Assembly (NCBI GenBank): GCA_963700985.1
Contig: OY969554.1
Span: 1,312,001 to 1,376,000 of the forward strand
Source of the DNA: an uncultured Chlamydiales bacterium
Lineage (GTDB): Bacteria; Chlamydiota; Chlamydiia; Chlamydiales; Rhabdochlamydiaceae
Reading direction: 5' to 3'
Length of the DNA stretch: 64,000 nt
The translations under genes were made by a program, and so were the position numbers. The notes under the pieces are model-generated. The model saw only the letters and a list, made by a program, of their open reading frames with translations. It was not told the DNA's origin and searched no databases. Shown here piece by piece: positions 1-11,602 of this stretch. Each line of letters starts with the position of its first letter. Positions within the stretch are counted from its first letter, which is position 1.

Positions 1-134
1 ATAGCTATACTGACTTCTCTACCCGCTTCTACCTCTAGATTCAATCCCGCATTTTGCGCATCCAAAATGGCTTGTTGAACTTGATCTACAAGTTTGCCCA
101 AGAAAATTCCAACTGTTGCTACTGCTGCTGCCAT
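1..134 (-). CDS. Hypothetical protein, 5' part only (runs off window start)
   Basis: Manual translation from ATG at 134 gives MAAAVATVGIFLGKLVDQVQQAILDAQNAGLNLEVEAGREVSIA with no stop; AAGGAGG Shine-Dalgarno upstream. Confidence 0.65.
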   Translation of the reverse strand, partial: MAAAVATVGIFLGKLVDQVQQAILDAQNAGLNLEVEAGREVSIA

Positions 135-237
135 AACTACCTCCTTGTGTAGTATTAACAAAAAATTTTCTTATAATTGTTAATATTTGATCAAGAAATC
201 ATTTACGGAAGCAGGGCATCTAGATGATAGGCGGGAC

Positions 238-675
238 CTAGACAATTTCCAAAGAACCTTGAAAAGCCATAATGCCGATTTTTTCAATCAAAGAGCGAAT
301 AGTCGGAAAAAGAGGGAAAGGAATGGCATCTCCTTCAAACCACTCCCAGCCTTCACACTTGGTAGGTTCCAAAAGCTGAAGTTCTCCTTCAAATTGGTCT
401 ACAAACACAAAAATTGTGATGTAGTGTTTATCTCCTTCAATAACATTGCTTACCCATGGACCAAGTTGCACGGAAAGGGCTTTCAAGCCCGTCTCTTCTA
501 GCAATTCTCGAGTAGCGCACTCTTCTATACTTTCTCCAAATTCAAGATGCCCACCCGCTGTGGACCAATCGCCAGCTCCATGCGCGCCTTTTCTCTTTCC
601 TAGCAATACCTTGCCATTTTGTCTAACCACTACCCCTACGCCAACTTTGGGTCTTTTATCTCGATTGAATTCCAT
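238..675 (-). CDS. NUDIX hydrolase (NUDT15/MutT-like)
   Basis: Nudix box GHLEFGESIEECATRELLEETGL; EPTKCEGWEWF C-terminal motif typical of NUDT15-like enzymes. Confidence 0.9.
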   Translation of the reverse strand: MEFNRDKRPKVGVGVVVRQNGKVLLGKRKGAHGAGDWSTAGGHLEFGESIEECATRELLEETGLKALSVQLGPWVSNVIEGDKHYITIFVFVDQFEGELQLLEPTKCEGWEWFEGDAIPFPLFPTIRSLIEKIGIMAFQGSLEIV

Positions 676-909
676 AATCCCTCAGCTTAAAAATGCGCAT
701 TTTTGTGGATTGATATTGAAAGTATATTTTGCCCACACTTTTCCATGATGGCAATTGGATTTTCAACTGTACGATTTTCTCGTATAGTTGCCCCAGCATT
801 TTTTAGTGGCCTGTGTAGAAAAATAAGCGGGGCCTAGAAAGCTGTTATTGATGAATATTTAATCCCTATTTATTCTCGATCTCTAAAAATTTCTTACTTG
901 GAGTTCTAA

Positions 910-1272
910 ATGAAAAATTCCAGATTCAAAACCTTATCTAAAGCTGCCCGAAACGCTGGAATACAAAACAAGATGTTCGGGATCATCCGTGACGCCGGAT
1001 ATAAGGGATTATATGGTGGATTGGAAGTGGATGCGATCAAGGCTAGAAAAGGTATCCATCCCAAAGAGCAGCTCAGGGATAGAATGGGCGCGATTGAGCT
1101 TGCGGCCAGTCAATTTCGCATGACCCAAACCCGCGACAAGCTTACACAAGAAAACATCCGTAATCAAAAAGCTATAAATAAAACTCAAGAATCAGTAGGA
1201 AAAAAGGTCCGTGCAGCCATCATTAAGATTGGAGGCACCTTACCCGAAAATATCCCACCGGATGAGGCGTAA
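910..1272 (+). pseudogene. dinD: C-terminal fragment of DNA damage-inducible protein D
   Basis: GYKGLYGGL, DRMGAIELAASQFRMTQT and VGKKVR..IGGTLPE match the DinD C-terminal half; the N-terminal BRO-like half is absent. Confidence 0.7.
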
Positions 1273-1293
1273 TTCAGCCTAAGGAAAAAGGTA

Positions 1294-1647
1294 CTATGAG
1301 TCGCTTTTTGCTTTTTGAAGTAGCGTCTTGAGCTGCTTTTGTAAAGATGGTAAATTTTTTTTCGTCGTATGCCAAAGAATTTTTGTATCAACGCCAAAAT
1401 ATTCATGGATCAATACATCACGCATTCCCTTCATCTCTTTCCAAGGAATATCGGAATAAGAACGTTGAACAGATGGAGGAATGCTTTTGCTTGCTTCCCC
1501 AATAATCTCGAAATTTCTTACTACCGCATCGATCACAAGCTCATTTTGTTTGAATTTGGCTAAGGTCAAGTCGTCTACATAACGTTCGATTTTCTCAATC
1601 GCTTTGAGAATATCTTGAACTCGAAATATCCACTGTCTAGAAGACAT
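1294..1647 (-). CDS. HepT-like HEPN ribonuclease toxin (DUF86)
   Basis: DAVVRNFEIIGEA and RX4HXY motif RDVLIHEY; overlaps the upstream MNT gene. Confidence 0.9.
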   Translation of the reverse strand: MSSRQWIFRVQDILKAIEKIERYVDDLTLAKFKQNELVIDAVVRNFEIIGEASKSIPPSVQRSYSDIPWKEMKGMRDVLIHEYFGVDTKILWHTTKKNLPSLQKQLKTLLQKAKSDS

Positions 1648-1927
1648 TTTTTGCCTCAAGCAAGATTTTCTTTCTGAGGGCCGGATGCAGAGCGCTTTTG
1701 GTTACTAAATCAACATCTCGACGAAGAAGTTTTTCGAGATAGTTTTTAAGATCCATGAAACCAAAAAGTCCTTTTTTTGCATCAAAATCAACTAATATAT
1801 CGATATCGCTTCTGGCTGATGCCTTATTTCTGGCTACTGAGCCAAAAAGAGAAAGGGCGCGAACTCCCAAGCCTAGAAGATCTTTCTTATGAGCACTTAA
1901 GATCTTTTTTGCCTCTTTCAATAACAT
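1637..1927 (-). CDS. MntA-like minimal nucleotidyltransferase antitoxin
   Basis: GSX10DXD motif (FGSVARNKASARSDID), about 96 aa from ATG 1927, directly upstream of the HEPN gene. Confidence 0.9.
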   Translation of the reverse strand: MLLKEAKKILSAHKKDLLGLGVRALSLFGSVARNKASARSDIDILVDFDAKKGLFGFMDLKNYLEKLLRRDVDLVTKSALHPALRKKILLEAKNVF

Positions 1928-2125
1928 GTGAAGTTCCTTTTCCTTCCTTTTATCAACAAAGCTAATTTTATGTGCATAAGTAATAGTAAGTATAGCAGCG
2001 GTATGAAACTCTTGCAACCCTCCCACTTCGACTACCCCTCTCCGGTTCGCTATCCGCTCACCTGCTCCTCACTGCAAAGGCCCACCGGGCCTTCTTCGTG
2101 TATCCGCAGCCAAACTTTTGGCTTG

Positions 2126-2180
2126 CTTTCGAGCAAAAAAAAACACCAGGCTAGGCCTGGTGCTTTTATTTGCTCGAAGG
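2126..2180 (-). terminator. Intrinsic terminator hairpin after tRNA-Leu(TAA), extended to pair with the tRNA 3' end
   Basis: Minus strand GCACCAGGC-CTA-GCCTGGTG followed by a T run; the inverted repeat extends through TTCGAGCA/TGCTCGAA. Confidence 0.7.
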
Positions 2181-2253
2181 GGGAGTCGAACCCCCACGGG
2201 ATTGCTCCCAGGAGATTTTAAGTCTCCAGTGTCTACCATTCCACCATCCGAGC
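2171..2253 (-). tRNA. tRNA-Leu (anticodon TAA), CCA not encoded
   Basis: GCTCGGA acceptor stem, TGGTGGAATGGTAGACAC D arm, GGAGA-CTTAAAA-TCTCC anticodon arm, long variable arm, GGTTCGACTCC T arm. Confidence 0.95.
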
Positions 2254-2321
2254 AAAAAACTCCCGCGTATTGCAGCGAGAGTTTACCTTTGAGGCAGAAA
2301 AAGTTTCAAGGAAAGATGCGC

Positions 2322-3176
2322 TTAAAAATCTCCACCGAAGGATGGAGGCGTAAAAGCGGTGAATGAAGTCTCGCCAAAGGATGCCGTTGAGCTTGTCGTA
2401 ACAACACGGCTCAATTGATTTCCTTCACCACCAGACGTGTTATCATCATCTTCGTCATCATGTTTCTTCTCTGTTGGCTTTTCTTCTTCATCTACCGGCT
2501 TGGGAAGAACACCTCTTTCAGAAAGCTCGAGATCTTTTTCTTTATAACGACTAATGGTTTCTGAGATGAGCGTGGAAGGGGGGGGAAATAGAGTAGTGAA
2601 CATCGATGAAGAAACTTGCGTTTCTTCACTGGTACCACCTCCTTCAACCGCTGCCTCCGGCTGGGTTGCTTCCCTTGGTTCTCCCTCATTCTGGCCTCTT
2701 TCAGCTCCTTCTCCGCCTTCAGGACGTTCGCCACGGCGACGACGACGACGGTGTCGATCGCGACGTCTCTCGGGTTGGCGCGGCTGTCCGCTACCTGATT
2801 GGGCTTCTTCTTCGCTTGCTTCCCCTTCTTGAGCGACAGGTGCAGCTTCTGCTCTTTCTGCAGCATGTTCGCGTGCTGAAGAACGCATTGGGCCTTCTCT
2901 TCCACCGCCAATCTTAATCGCGCGCTCAACACTTGCATTCTTCAAAGCGACGCGTACTTCTTTGACTTCCACGATCTCGTAATCGCTTACAGGAACTAAG
3001 AAAGACTTAGGTTTCTCAAGCGAGCGGAAAAAAAATGAGTGTCCAAAAGAGACAACTTCAACGGAGTCTACGTGATACTCTTCTTGGCCTCCGCCTTTAC
3101 TGTTTCGGACAAGGAGTTTGAACCCCTCCTTAGGGGTGATAATAGTTTCTGTGATAGGTTCTCTTGTAAAATTCAC
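2322..3176 (-). CDS. grgA: Chlamydial transcription factor GrgA (CT504-like)
   Basis: N-terminus MNFTREPITETIITPKEGFKLLVRNSK...KSFLVPVSDYEIVEV resembles CT504; FPPPSTLISE motif; adjacent to gapA as in Chlamydia. Confidence 0.85.
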   Translation of the reverse strand: MNFTREPITETIITPKEGFKLLVRNSKGGGQEEYHVDSVEVVSFGHSFFFRSLEKPKSFLVPVSDYEIVEVKEVRVALKNASVERAIKIGGGREGPMRSSAREHAAERAEAAPVAQEGEASEEEAQSGSGQPRQPERRRDRHRRRRRRGERPEGGEGAERGQNEGEPREATQPEAAVEGGGTSEETQVSSSMFTTLFPPPSTLISETISRYKEKDLELSERGVLPKPVDEEEKPTEKKHDDEDDDNTSGGEGNQLSRVVTTSSTASFGETSFTAFTPPSFGGDF

Positions 3177-3263
3177 TGATCATTCCAGGGTTGAAACGTT
3201 TATTTTTAGAGCAGAGCTCTTTCTTAAGCGTGACTACAAGGGGATAAAACCGGTTGCAAAGGA

Positions 3264-4301
<1,038 letters not shown>

Positions 4302-4369
4302 CTAGAGAGACATGATGATAAACGAGATTTTGGAGAAAGTAAAGGCTGAAAAGAGAGGGCTTAAAACGA

Positions 4370-4401
4370 TTCAGAGGGCGGGTTTAAAAACGCCCTCTGA
4401 A
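4370..4401 (-). terminator. Terminator hairpin at end of ribosomal/alpha operon
   Basis: TTCAGAGGGCG / CGCCCTCTGAA perfect 11-bp inverted repeat just downstream of the rplQ stop. Confidence 0.65.
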
Positions 4402-4413
4402 AAATAGAAAAAA

Positions 4414-4842
4414 TTACTGTTCTAGATACTCGATCAAACAAGTAGGAGCGTTATCTCCCACACGATGCGCTTTTTTAATGATGCGTGTAAAGCCACCATT
4501 TCTTGTTGCAAAGCGGGTCGAAAGGTCACCAAATAGTTTTTGGATCACTTGACGATCGTTGTTGTAAGAAGAAAGATCCCCTTTTTTAACCTCTTTCGCT
4601 TCTTTTGGCGTCAGAGTATTAAAAGTGATCATCAGATCAGCAATCGCTTGACGACGGCTTGCCAAAGTATTCTTTTTAGCAAGTGTGATCAGACGATCTG
4701 CGTGTCTTTTGAGTTCTTTAGCTTTAGTTACCGTTGTCTCAATGCGCTCGTGTTCTACAAGCGACTTGAGCATATTGGCTAACATGCAGCGTCTGTGAGA
4801 AGAAGTCTTCCCAATTTTAAAGGTATGTTTTGCGTGTCTCAT
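4414..4842 (-). CDS. rplQ: 50S ribosomal protein L17
   Basis: MRH...[26 protein letters not shown]. Confidence 0.97.
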   Translation of the reverse strand: MRHAKHTFKIGKTSSHRRCMLANMLKSLVEHERIETTVTKAKELKRHADRLITLAKKNTLASRRQAIADLMITFNTLTPKEAKEVKKGDLSSYNNDRQVIQKLFGDLSTRFATRNGGFTRIIKKAHRVGDNAPTCLIEYLEQ

Positions 4843-5927
4843 GCTTCTGTCTCCACCTTGGAGTTGAGATAGTCGGTAATGTACTGTTTCACGTTATCGC
4901 GTGTGATCCCAAATCTTGAAAGATCCATGCCTAAAGCAAGGCCCATCTCTTCCAGCTTAGATTTGATCTCGTTGAGAGACTTCTTACCAAAGTTTCTAAA
5001 CTTTAGCATTTCAGATTCTGGCATGATTACCAGCTCAGCGATCGTTTCAATGTTTGCGCCTGCAAGGCAGTTAGTCGAACGCACTGAAAGCTCAATTTCA
5101 TTGATCTTCAGAGCTAGTTTAGCCAAGAGCGAGTCACGATCTGTATCAGACTCTTCTCTTGTTTGCTCAAAAGTAATTGGATGCTTTTGCAGTTGTTCGA
5201 AAACCAGGAAGTGCATGATGCCGATCTGCGTAGCAAACGAGAGGGCTTCAAGCGGGGTAATTCTTCCGTCAGTTGTGACTTCGATAATTAGGCGATCGAA
5301 ATCTGTATGTTGTCCTACGCGTGTATTCTCGACAAAGTAGTTAACTAATCTGACAGGAGAAAACGCTGTATCGATCACGATTTCATCGACATTCTTTTCT
5401 AAAGCATGTCTTTCAGATGAAATATAACCACGTCCCATGCCGATTTTGATTTCAACTTTGCGTGTCATCGGCTTTGTTACGTTGAAAATGACCAACTCTG
5501 GGTTCACGACTTCGAATTCGCTACCGCCTAAGAGATCTTTCAGCGTTACAGAGTACTGCCCACGATTCTTGTCGAGCATGTCACCGTTAATGTCGATGAG
5601 CTTAGTAACCACTTTATAATCTGCAGAACGTGGTTCATCATCCATCGGAAGCTTTCTAAGAAGAGCTTCTTTTAGATTGAGCACGATGTGCGTCATATCT
5701 TCAATTATGCCATCAACTGCCATGTACTCATGTGGGACCCCTTCGATCCGCACAGACACAATTGCAGGAGACTCCATTGATGTTAAAAGGATACGTCTTA
5801 GCGCATTACCAACGGTATGCCCATAGCCGCGTTCAAAAGGTTCTGCAACGAAGCGTGCAAAATTTCCTTTTTCTTCTTCGACTTTAATCTTGGTTGGCAA
5901 TTCGAATTTGCCATACTTCACTGCCAT
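4839..5927 (-). CDS. rpoA: RNA polymerase alpha subunit
   Basis: [20 protein letters not shown]; alpha-[23 protein letters not shown]. Confidence 0.98.
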   Translation of the reverse strand: MAVKYGKFELPTKIKVEEEKGNFARFVAEPFERGYGHTVGNALRRILLTSMESPAIVSVRIEGVPHEYMAVDGIIEDMTHIVLNLKEALLRKLPMDDEPRSADYKVVTKLIDINGDMLDKNRGQYSVTLKDLLGGSEFEVVNPELVIFNVTKPMTRKVEIKIGMGRGYISSERHALEKNVDEIVIDTAFSPVRLVNYFVENTRVGQHTDFDRLIIEVTTDGRITPLEALSFATQIGIMHFLVFEQLQKHPITFEQTREESDTDRDSLLAKLALKINEIELSVRSTNCLAGANIETIAELVIMPESEMLKFRNFGKKSLNEIKSKLEEMGLALGMDLSRFGITRDNVKQYITDYLNSKVETEA

Positions 5928-5956
5928 GATACTTACTCTCCCGTAGAATTTTGAAA

Positions 5957-6376
5957 TTAGACTCGGCGTCTTTTTCGTGCACGACAGCCATTATGCGGCA
6001 CAGGGGTCGTATCGCGAATCACGGTGATGATCAGCCCTGAGCTCTGCAGACCTCTAACAGCAGACTCTCTGCCTGCTCCTGGTCCGTTAAGATTCACTTC
6101 TACCTCTTTCATGCCTACAGCCATTGCGTTTTTAGCAGCATCTTGTGCTGCAACAGTAGCTGCATATGCAGAAGACTTGCGCGAGCCAGAAAAATTGACT
6201 TTTCCCGCGGATGCCCAAGAGACGACATTGCCAGCAAGGTCGGTGATGGACACAATGGTGTTGTTAAATGTGGACTTAACGAAAACAATGCCGCTAGGCA
6301 CGTTTCTAGCCACTTTCTTTTTCGGTTTTACCGCAGCTTTTTTAACGACTGCCTTTTCAACTTCTTGCTTAGCCAA
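5957..6376 (-). CDS. rpsK: 30S ribosomal protein S11
   Basis: [29 protein letters not shown]. Confidence 0.97.
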   Translation of the reverse strand: MAKQEVEKAVVKKAAVKPKKKVARNVPSGIVFVKSTFNNTIVSITDLAGNVVSWASAGKVNFSGSRKSSAYAATVAAQDAAKNAMAVGMKEVEVNLNGPGAGRESAVRGLQSSGLIITVIRDTTPVPHNGCRARKRRRV

Positions 6377-6401
6377 GGCTATCTCCTTTGAGTTCTAGAA
6401 A

Positions 6402-6770
6402 TTATTTTTTCTTACCAGCGACTGTCTTTCTCTTACCTTTACGCGTACGTGAGTTAGAACGCGTTCTCTGGCCGCGCACTGGCAGGCCTAAACGATGGCG
6501 CATTCCACGATAAGCGTGGATTGAGATGAGTCGCTTGATATTATTTTGTACTTGGCGTCTTAGATCCCCTTCTACAGCATACTCAGACTGCAAAGTGGCG
6601 TTAAGGCGCGCAATATCATCCTCAGTAAGCTGATTAGCTTTCATATTTGGATTGAGTTTGAGTTTTTCCAGAATCTCTAATGAGAGACGGCGACCCACCC
6701 CATATATGTATGTCAAGCTAACTTCGAGGCGTTTATTGTCAGGGATATCGATTCCAATGACGCGAGGCAT
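6402..6770 (-). CDS. rpsM: 30S ribosomal protein S13
   Basis: [32 protein letters not shown]. Confidence 0.97.
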   Translation of the reverse strand: MPRVIGIDIPDNKRLEVSLTYIYGVGRRLSLEILEKLKLNPNMKANQLTEDDIARLNATLQSEYAVEGDLRRQVQNNIKRLISIHAYRGMRHRLGLPVRGQRTRSNSRTRKGKRKTVAGKKK

Positions 6771-6838
6771 GAACAAATTCCTTATTTATGTGAGCGTTTA
6801 TGCGTTAAAAATTCACAGTTTGTTGAAGAAATGTAGCG

Positions 6839-6867
6839 ACTTTACCATATGTTTTGAAATATGACAA
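6839..6867 (-). promoter_or_regulatory. Putative sigma66 (sigma70-type) promoter of the rpsM-rpsK-rpoA-rplQ operon
   Basis: Minus strand TTGTCA-N17-TAAAGT with TG upstream of the -10. Confidence 0.5.
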
Positions 6868-6893
6868 GCCCCCATTCTTATACTTTCGTCCTA

Positions 6894-8264
6894 TCAAGCA
6901 AAATTTTTCCTTCCACGCTTCATAAAACCTTCATAGCGTTTCATGAGCATGTGCGATTCTATCTGTTTCGATGTATCTAAAACTACCCCTACTAAAATCA
7001 GCAAGGACGTGCCCCCAAAAAAATAGGAGATATTGGCGTCTACACCGATAAACTTCCCTATAAGGGTCGGTAATATCGCGATAAAGGCCAAAAACACAGC
7101 ACCGGCTAATGTAATGCGGTTCATCGTTTCTTCAAGAAAATCTTGCGTAGGTTTCCCCTGTCTAATTCCAGGGATAAATGCACCATTCTTCTTCATATCT
7201 GACGCGATCTGCTCAGGGTGAAATTGAGTGGCTGTCCAGAAATATGTGAAAAAAAGAATTAATAAGACGTAAACTACAGTATACACCCAGTTTCCCGGAG
7301 AGAGCCAATTTGCAATCTGCCCAAACCAGGAACCTTTGCCCACAAATTGACCCAGTGTTGCTGGGAACATGAGCAGTGATGAGGCAAAAATCACAGGAAT
7401 CACACCTGCGTAATTAATTTTTAAAGGGATAAAAGCATTGCTGCCTTGAACTTCATTGCGACCAACCACGCGTCTTGCATATTGAAGAGGTATCTTGCGC
7501 TGGCCTTGAATGATCAGAATTGTCCCTACGATAATGAAGACAAAAACAGCAGCTAACATGACCAACGAAGAAAAGGTGAGCTGTCCGGGTTCTTGTGAAT
7601 CTAGATTAAGCTGTTTAATAATTGAGCCTAGAGTGGTTGGTAGCGAAGAAAGAATGCCAATAGTGATAATTAAGCTAATGCCATTACCAATACCTTTTTC
7701 GGTGATCTGTTCACCAATCCACATCAGGAGCATCGTACCAGCGGTCATGGTAGCCATTACAAGCAGATAAAAAAGCCATGGAATACCAAAAGCTTGAACG
7801 TCTGCTAATTCACTAACAATAATGCCCGGAGTCTGAGAATTGAGTTGAAATGCATACTTACCGAACAGACCTGCTTGGAAAAATGCTAGAAAAACTGTAA
7901 CAACGCGAATCCACTTTCCAAGCTTTCTACGTCCTGCATCAGGATTTTCCTTCATCTCTCTTCCTAAAGAAGGGAGAAGCGCAACAAGCAGCTGCATAAT
8001 GATAGATGCTGAGATATATGGCATAACGCCAAGCGCGATAATGGTCATATGCGCAAAAGCGCCGCCAGAAAAGACATCCATTAATTGGAAAAGATTCTGC
8101 CCGCCGCCAGTCGCGTTGCGGAAAAGATCCACAGCGGCTTCGCCGTTTATGCCAGGCACAGGAATATGTGCGCCAATACGGCAGATAACAAGCATGAGAA
8201 GAGTGAAAATAATTTTGGCTCGGAGTTCTGAGACAGAAAGAATCCGTTTTATACCCTCAATCAT
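6894..8264 (-). CDS. secY: Preprotein translocase subunit SecY
   Basis: About 10 TM segments; [37 protein letters not shown]. Confidence 0.98.
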   Translation of the reverse strand: MIEGIKRILSVSELRAKIIFTLLMLVICRIGAHIPVPGINGEAAVDLFRNATGGGQNLFQLMDVFSGGAFAHMTIIALGVMPYISASIIMQLLVALLPSLGREMKENPDAGRRKLGKWIRVVTVFLAFFQAGLFGKYAFQLNSQTPGIIVSELADVQAFGIPWLFYLLVMATMTAGTMLLMWIGEQITEKGIGNGISLIITIGILSSLPTTLGSIIKQLNLDSQEPGQLTFSSLVMLAAVFVFIIVGTILIIQGQRKIPLQYARRVVGRNEVQGSNAFIPLKINYAGVIPVIFASSLLMFPATLGQFVGKGSWFGQIANWLSPGNWVYTVVYVLLILFFTYFWTATQFHPEQIASDMKKNGAFIPGIRQGKPTQDFLEETMNRITLAGAVFLAFIAILPTLIGKFIGVDANISYFFGGTSLLILVGVVLDTSKQIESHMLMKRYEGFMKRGRKNFA

Positions 8265-8337
8265 GTGTCTTCATTCTCACGTTTTTTTAAAAAATAAGAA
8301 GTCCACCTTTGAGAATTCTCTCAGGCGGACTCGTGCT

Positions 8338-8811
8338 CTATTCGGCAGCTTTTCCGAAAGTAAGAACTTTGTATGAGATCGATTTTTTTTCAAGTTTCTC
8401 GATCGCAGCTTTAGTGAAGTGGTGTGCTTCGATAGAGCATTTTTTCTTAACATCACCGGTTGATAGCACTCTAATTCCACCAGGTAAACGGCGAGGAATG
8501 AGTCCTTTTGCACGGAGTGTTTCGTAGTTTACAACTTCACCATCTTGAAAGTGCTCATTGATCAAATCAAAATCTAACTCAAACACTTTTGACTGAAAGC
8601 GTGTATTTGGAAAACCACGGCAAGGAAGAATTCGATACAGAGGTCTAGCTCCGCCTTCTCTTCCATAGTTACGTTCATAACCGCGACGTGCTTTATCCCC
8701 TTTATGGCCTCGGCAGGAGGTTTTACCCCGTTTACTACCCATGCCTCTTCCAACTCGCTGGACTTTTTTTCGTGGCCGATCAGTATCGACTAGTGTGGAT
8801 AGGGTAATCAT
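8338..8811 (-). CDS. rplO: 50S ribosomal protein L15
   Basis: RVGRGMGSKRGKTSCRGHKG, EGGARPLYR; ATG 8811 overlaps the rpsE stop. Confidence 0.95.
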   Translation of the reverse strand: MITLSTLVDTDRPRKKVQRVGRGMGSKRGKTSCRGHKGDKARRGYERNYGREGGARPLYRILPCRGFPNTRFQSKVFELDFDLINEHFQDGEVVNYETLRAKGLIPRRLPGGIRVLSTGDVKKKCSIEAHHFTKAAIEKLEKKSISYKVLTFGKAAE

Positions 8812-9311
8812 GCAAGGCCTCGTATTGCTAAGCACTCATGGCGGTTCTTTAAACTGGAAAGAGCTTTAAGAGTAGCTCTCACTTGGTTTAGCGGGTTATT
8901 AGAGCCGTAACTTTTAGCTACGATATCTTTTAATCCCCCAAGTTCCAAAACTGATCTAACTTTTGAACCGGCAATAACTCCGGTACCCTCACGGGCTGGC
9001 TTAAGTAGAATTCTAGAACCATCCCATTCAACTTCAATCTCGTGGGGAATAGTTCTTCCTTCCATTTCAAAAGTCATAACATTTTTACGTGCAGCTTCAG
9101 TGCCTTTACGGATGGCATCTGAAACTTCGTTGGCTTTGGCAAATCCAAATCCGATATGCCCTTGTCCATCTCCGATGATAACTAGAGCTGAAAAGCTAAA
9201 CTTTCGTCCGCCTTTTACAACTTTCGAACATCTATTGATATAAAGGACTTTCTCTTCAAATTCTGAACCAAAGTCCTCTGCATGCTGAAATCGATATCTC
9301 TCGCCCGACAT
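8808..9311 (-). CDS. rpsE: 30S ribosomal protein S5
   Basis: KVVKGGRKFSFSALV, GTGVIAG. Confidence 0.97.
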   Translation of the reverse strand: MSGERYRFQHAEDFGSEFEEKVLYINRCSKVVKGGRKFSFSALVIIGDGQGHIGFGFAKANEVSDAIRKGTEAARKNVMTFEMEGRTIPHEIEVEWDGSRILLKPAREGTGVIAGSKVRSVLELGGLKDIVAKSYGSNNPLNQVRATLKALSSLKNRHECLAIRGLA

Positions 9312-9326
9312 CTCATTTTCCTATAG

Positions 9327-9701
9327 CTAAAATTGAAGTCCTGCTTCGCGTGCTGCATTTGCTAGCTCTGCGATAAGGCCATGAAATTTAAATCTTCCTC
9401 GATCGAAAATCACACGCTCGATATTTTTTTCTTTAGCGAGCTTAGCAATTTTTGATCCCACTTCTTTTGCTGAGTCTTTGGATTTTTTCAGTCCTTTGCC
9501 TTTTGAGCGAAGATCCTTACTCATTGTTCCAATACCAGCCAGAGTAATTCCCGTCTCATCATCGATAATTTGTGCAGCAATATGCTGATTGCTCTTATAA
9601 ACGGAAAGGCGTGGCACAAGAGAGCTACCTCGCAGGTGCTTTCTCACGCGCAGAAGTCTCTTTTTACGTTTGTGATTGCGCTGTAATAAATTACTTTCCA
9701 T
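9327..9701 (-). CDS. rplR: 50S ribosomal protein L18
   Basis: PRLSVYKSN.HI.AQIIDD, VIFDRG.FKFHG, AREAGLQF. Confidence 0.97.
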   Translation of the reverse strand: MESNLLQRNHKRKKRLLRVRKHLRGSSLVPRLSVYKSNQHIAAQIIDDETGITLAGIGTMSKDLRSKGKGLKKSKDSAKEVGSKIAKLAKEKNIERVIFDRGRFKFHGLIAELANAAREAGLQF

Positions 9702-9718
9702 AATTCCTCTTCTAACTC

Positions 9719-10273
9719 TTATGCTGCGGCGGCTTTGCCTTTAGCGGCTTTTCCTGCCTTCTTACGCACATGTTCATTCTCGTAACGGATGCCTTTACCT
9801 TTGTAAGGTTCTGGCGGTTTCATTGCGCGTACTGCAGCAGCAAACTGCCCAACCGCGTGCTTATCAATACCAGTTATTGTAATCGCGACGCTCTTGTCGA
9901 TTACCACTTGGACATTTGAAGGAATACGAATCTTAGTCGGGTGTGAAAATCCGAGCTGTAAATCCAGCGTATGGCCAGACATTGCAGCACGATATCCTAC
10001 TCCAATCAGAGAGAGTTTTTTCTCAAATCCCTGACTAACTCCAATAACCATGTTATTGATTGTTGCGCGCATCAATCCGTGTATAGTCCTTGGCATTTCA
10101 ACACTTTCGTCTCTTAAAACAAAGGCTTTTCCATCTTCAACTTTGACTGTGATGCCTTTATCTAAAGAACAGGAAGTAGAGCCTTTTGGCCCTTTAACAT
10201 TAACTTTGCCACCGTCCATTTTGAGTTCTACACCCTTTGGAAGCGCGATTGGTGATTTGCCGAGTCTTGACAT
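9719..10273 (-). CDS. rplF: 50S ribosomal protein L6
   Basis: MSRLGK.PI, GVGYRA, PPEPYKGKGIRY. Confidence 0.97.
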   Translation of the reverse strand: MSRLGKSPIALPKGVELKMDGGKVNVKGPKGSTSCSLDKGITVKVEDGKAFVLRDESVEMPRTIHGLMRATINNMVIGVSQGFEKKLSLIGVGYRAAMSGHTLDLQLGFSHPTKIRIPSNVQVVIDKSVAITITGIDKHAVGQFAAAVRAMKPPEPYKGKGIRYENEHVRKKAGKAAKGKAAAA

Positions 10274-10304
10274 GATTAAATTACCTCATTACCCCAATAA
10301 TATA

Positions 10305-10697
10305 TTACCAAACCAGACAGAGCAGTTCGCCGCCCACTTTCTGTTCACGAGCTTTTTGCCCGTCTACAATTCCTTTCGGTGTAGAAAGAATAGCAATTCC
10401 TAAGCCACCAAAAATTCTCGGGATCTCGCGATACCCTACATAACGTCTTAGACCAGGAGAAGAAACTCTTTTCAGACCTTGAATAACTGGTTCTCTTCCA
10501 CGTGCATACTTTAAAAAGGCACGCACTCTTCCACCATCTTCATCAACGAGGAAATTCTCGATAAATCCTTGTTCATGCAGGATTTTTACAATGTTTACTT
10601 TCTCGCGGCTGTGTGGAAAATCCACAAAGCGGTTACGAGCCAGTGAGGCATTACGAATTCTTGTTAAAAGATCAGCTATTGGGTCATTCATTGACAT
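10305..10697 (-). CDS. rpsH: 30S ribosomal protein S8
   Basis: DPIADLLTRIRNA, SSPGLRRY, GIAILSTPKG. Confidence 0.97.
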   Translation of the reverse strand: MSMNDPIADLLTRIRNASLARNRFVDFPHSREKVNIVKILHEQGFIENFLVDEDGGRVRAFLKYARGREPVIQGLKRVSSPGLRRYVGYREIPRIFGGLGIAILSTPKGIVDGQKAREQKVGGELLCLVW

Positions 10698-10707
10698 GGT
10701 TCTTTAC

Positions 10708-11250
10708 CTATTCTTCCTTTATAAATGGGAAGCCGAGCATTTTTAAAAGCTCCAGGCATTCCGCATCGCTTTTTGCTGTGGTCACAAATGTTATGTTCAT
10801 CCCTTGCGTACGCTTAACGTCATCTAAGTTAATCTCTGGGAAGATGATCTGCTCTTCAATACCGATTGAGTAGTTACCCTGCCCGTCGCATTTAACTGGA
10901 AATCCACGAAAGTCGCGAATACGCGGAGAAACGATATTACAGAACCGATCAAAAAAATCATACATGCGCTTTTTGCGCAGTGTGACTTTAAGGCCAATTG
11001 CTTGATCTTCTCTAAGCTTAAAGTTAGCGATAGATTTCTTAGCTTTTGTAGTTATAGGCTTCTGTCCGGAAAGAAGAGTGATCTCTTTAATACAATCCTG
11101 GACAGCATTTTTATCTTTTGTAGCCTCAGCAATACCCATGCTGATCACAACCTTTTTCAGCTCAGGTACGAGCATAGTATTGGCGTATTCGAACTTTGTT
11201 TTAAGTTCCTTGCGCACTTCGTCTCTATATTTTTTCAGTATTCTAGCCAT
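10708..11250 (-). CDS. rplE: 50S ribosomal protein L5
   Basis: [26 protein letters not shown]. Confidence 0.97.
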   Translation of the reverse strand: MARILKKYRDEVRKELKTKFEYANTMLVPELKKVVISMGIAEATKDKNAVQDCIKEITLLSGQKPITTKAKKSIANFKLREDQAIGLKVTLRKKRMYDFFDRFCNIVSPRIRDFRGFPVKCDGQGNYSIGIEEQIIFPEINLDDVKRTQGMNITFVTTAKSDAECLELLKMLGFPFIKEE

Positions 11251-11588
11251 TATTTACGCTCAGCTCCCCGAATTTCTCTGAAAACGACTTCTTTTCCACC
11301 GTCTTCATAAATCAGCTCTTTTTTGCCTTTAGTAGACTCTCTTACTTTTAGCTTAAGAGCTTTCCCATCATCACTGCAAAGCTGGACGTTTGAGATGTGC
11401 ATAGACATTTCAATTTCCATAACTTCTGGAGTCGGCACTTTGGATTTGCGTTTGACATGCTTCTTGCGAATATTCAAGCCTTGCACGACAACTCTCTCGC
11501 CTTTGCGAGAAAGCACTTTTCCAACTCTGCCTCTTTCGTTTCCAGTAATGACGACTACTTTATCGTCTTTCTTTATCCATTTTTTCAT
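11250..11588 (-). CDS. rplX: 50S ribosomal protein L24
   Basis: [15 protein letters not shown] motif, HISNV. Confidence 0.95.
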   Translation of the reverse strand: MKKWIKKDDKVVVITGNERGRVGKVLSRKGERVVVQGLNIRKKHVKRKSKVPTPEVMEIEMSMHISNVQLCSDDGKALKLKVRESTKGKKELIYEDGGKEVVFREIRGAERK

Positions 11589-11602
11589 CTTATAACTCTT
11601 TC

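Noticed and set aside
1928-2366. Plus-strand ORFs across tRNA-Leu(TAA)
   Set aside because: Antisense to the tRNA and terminator, not protein-like
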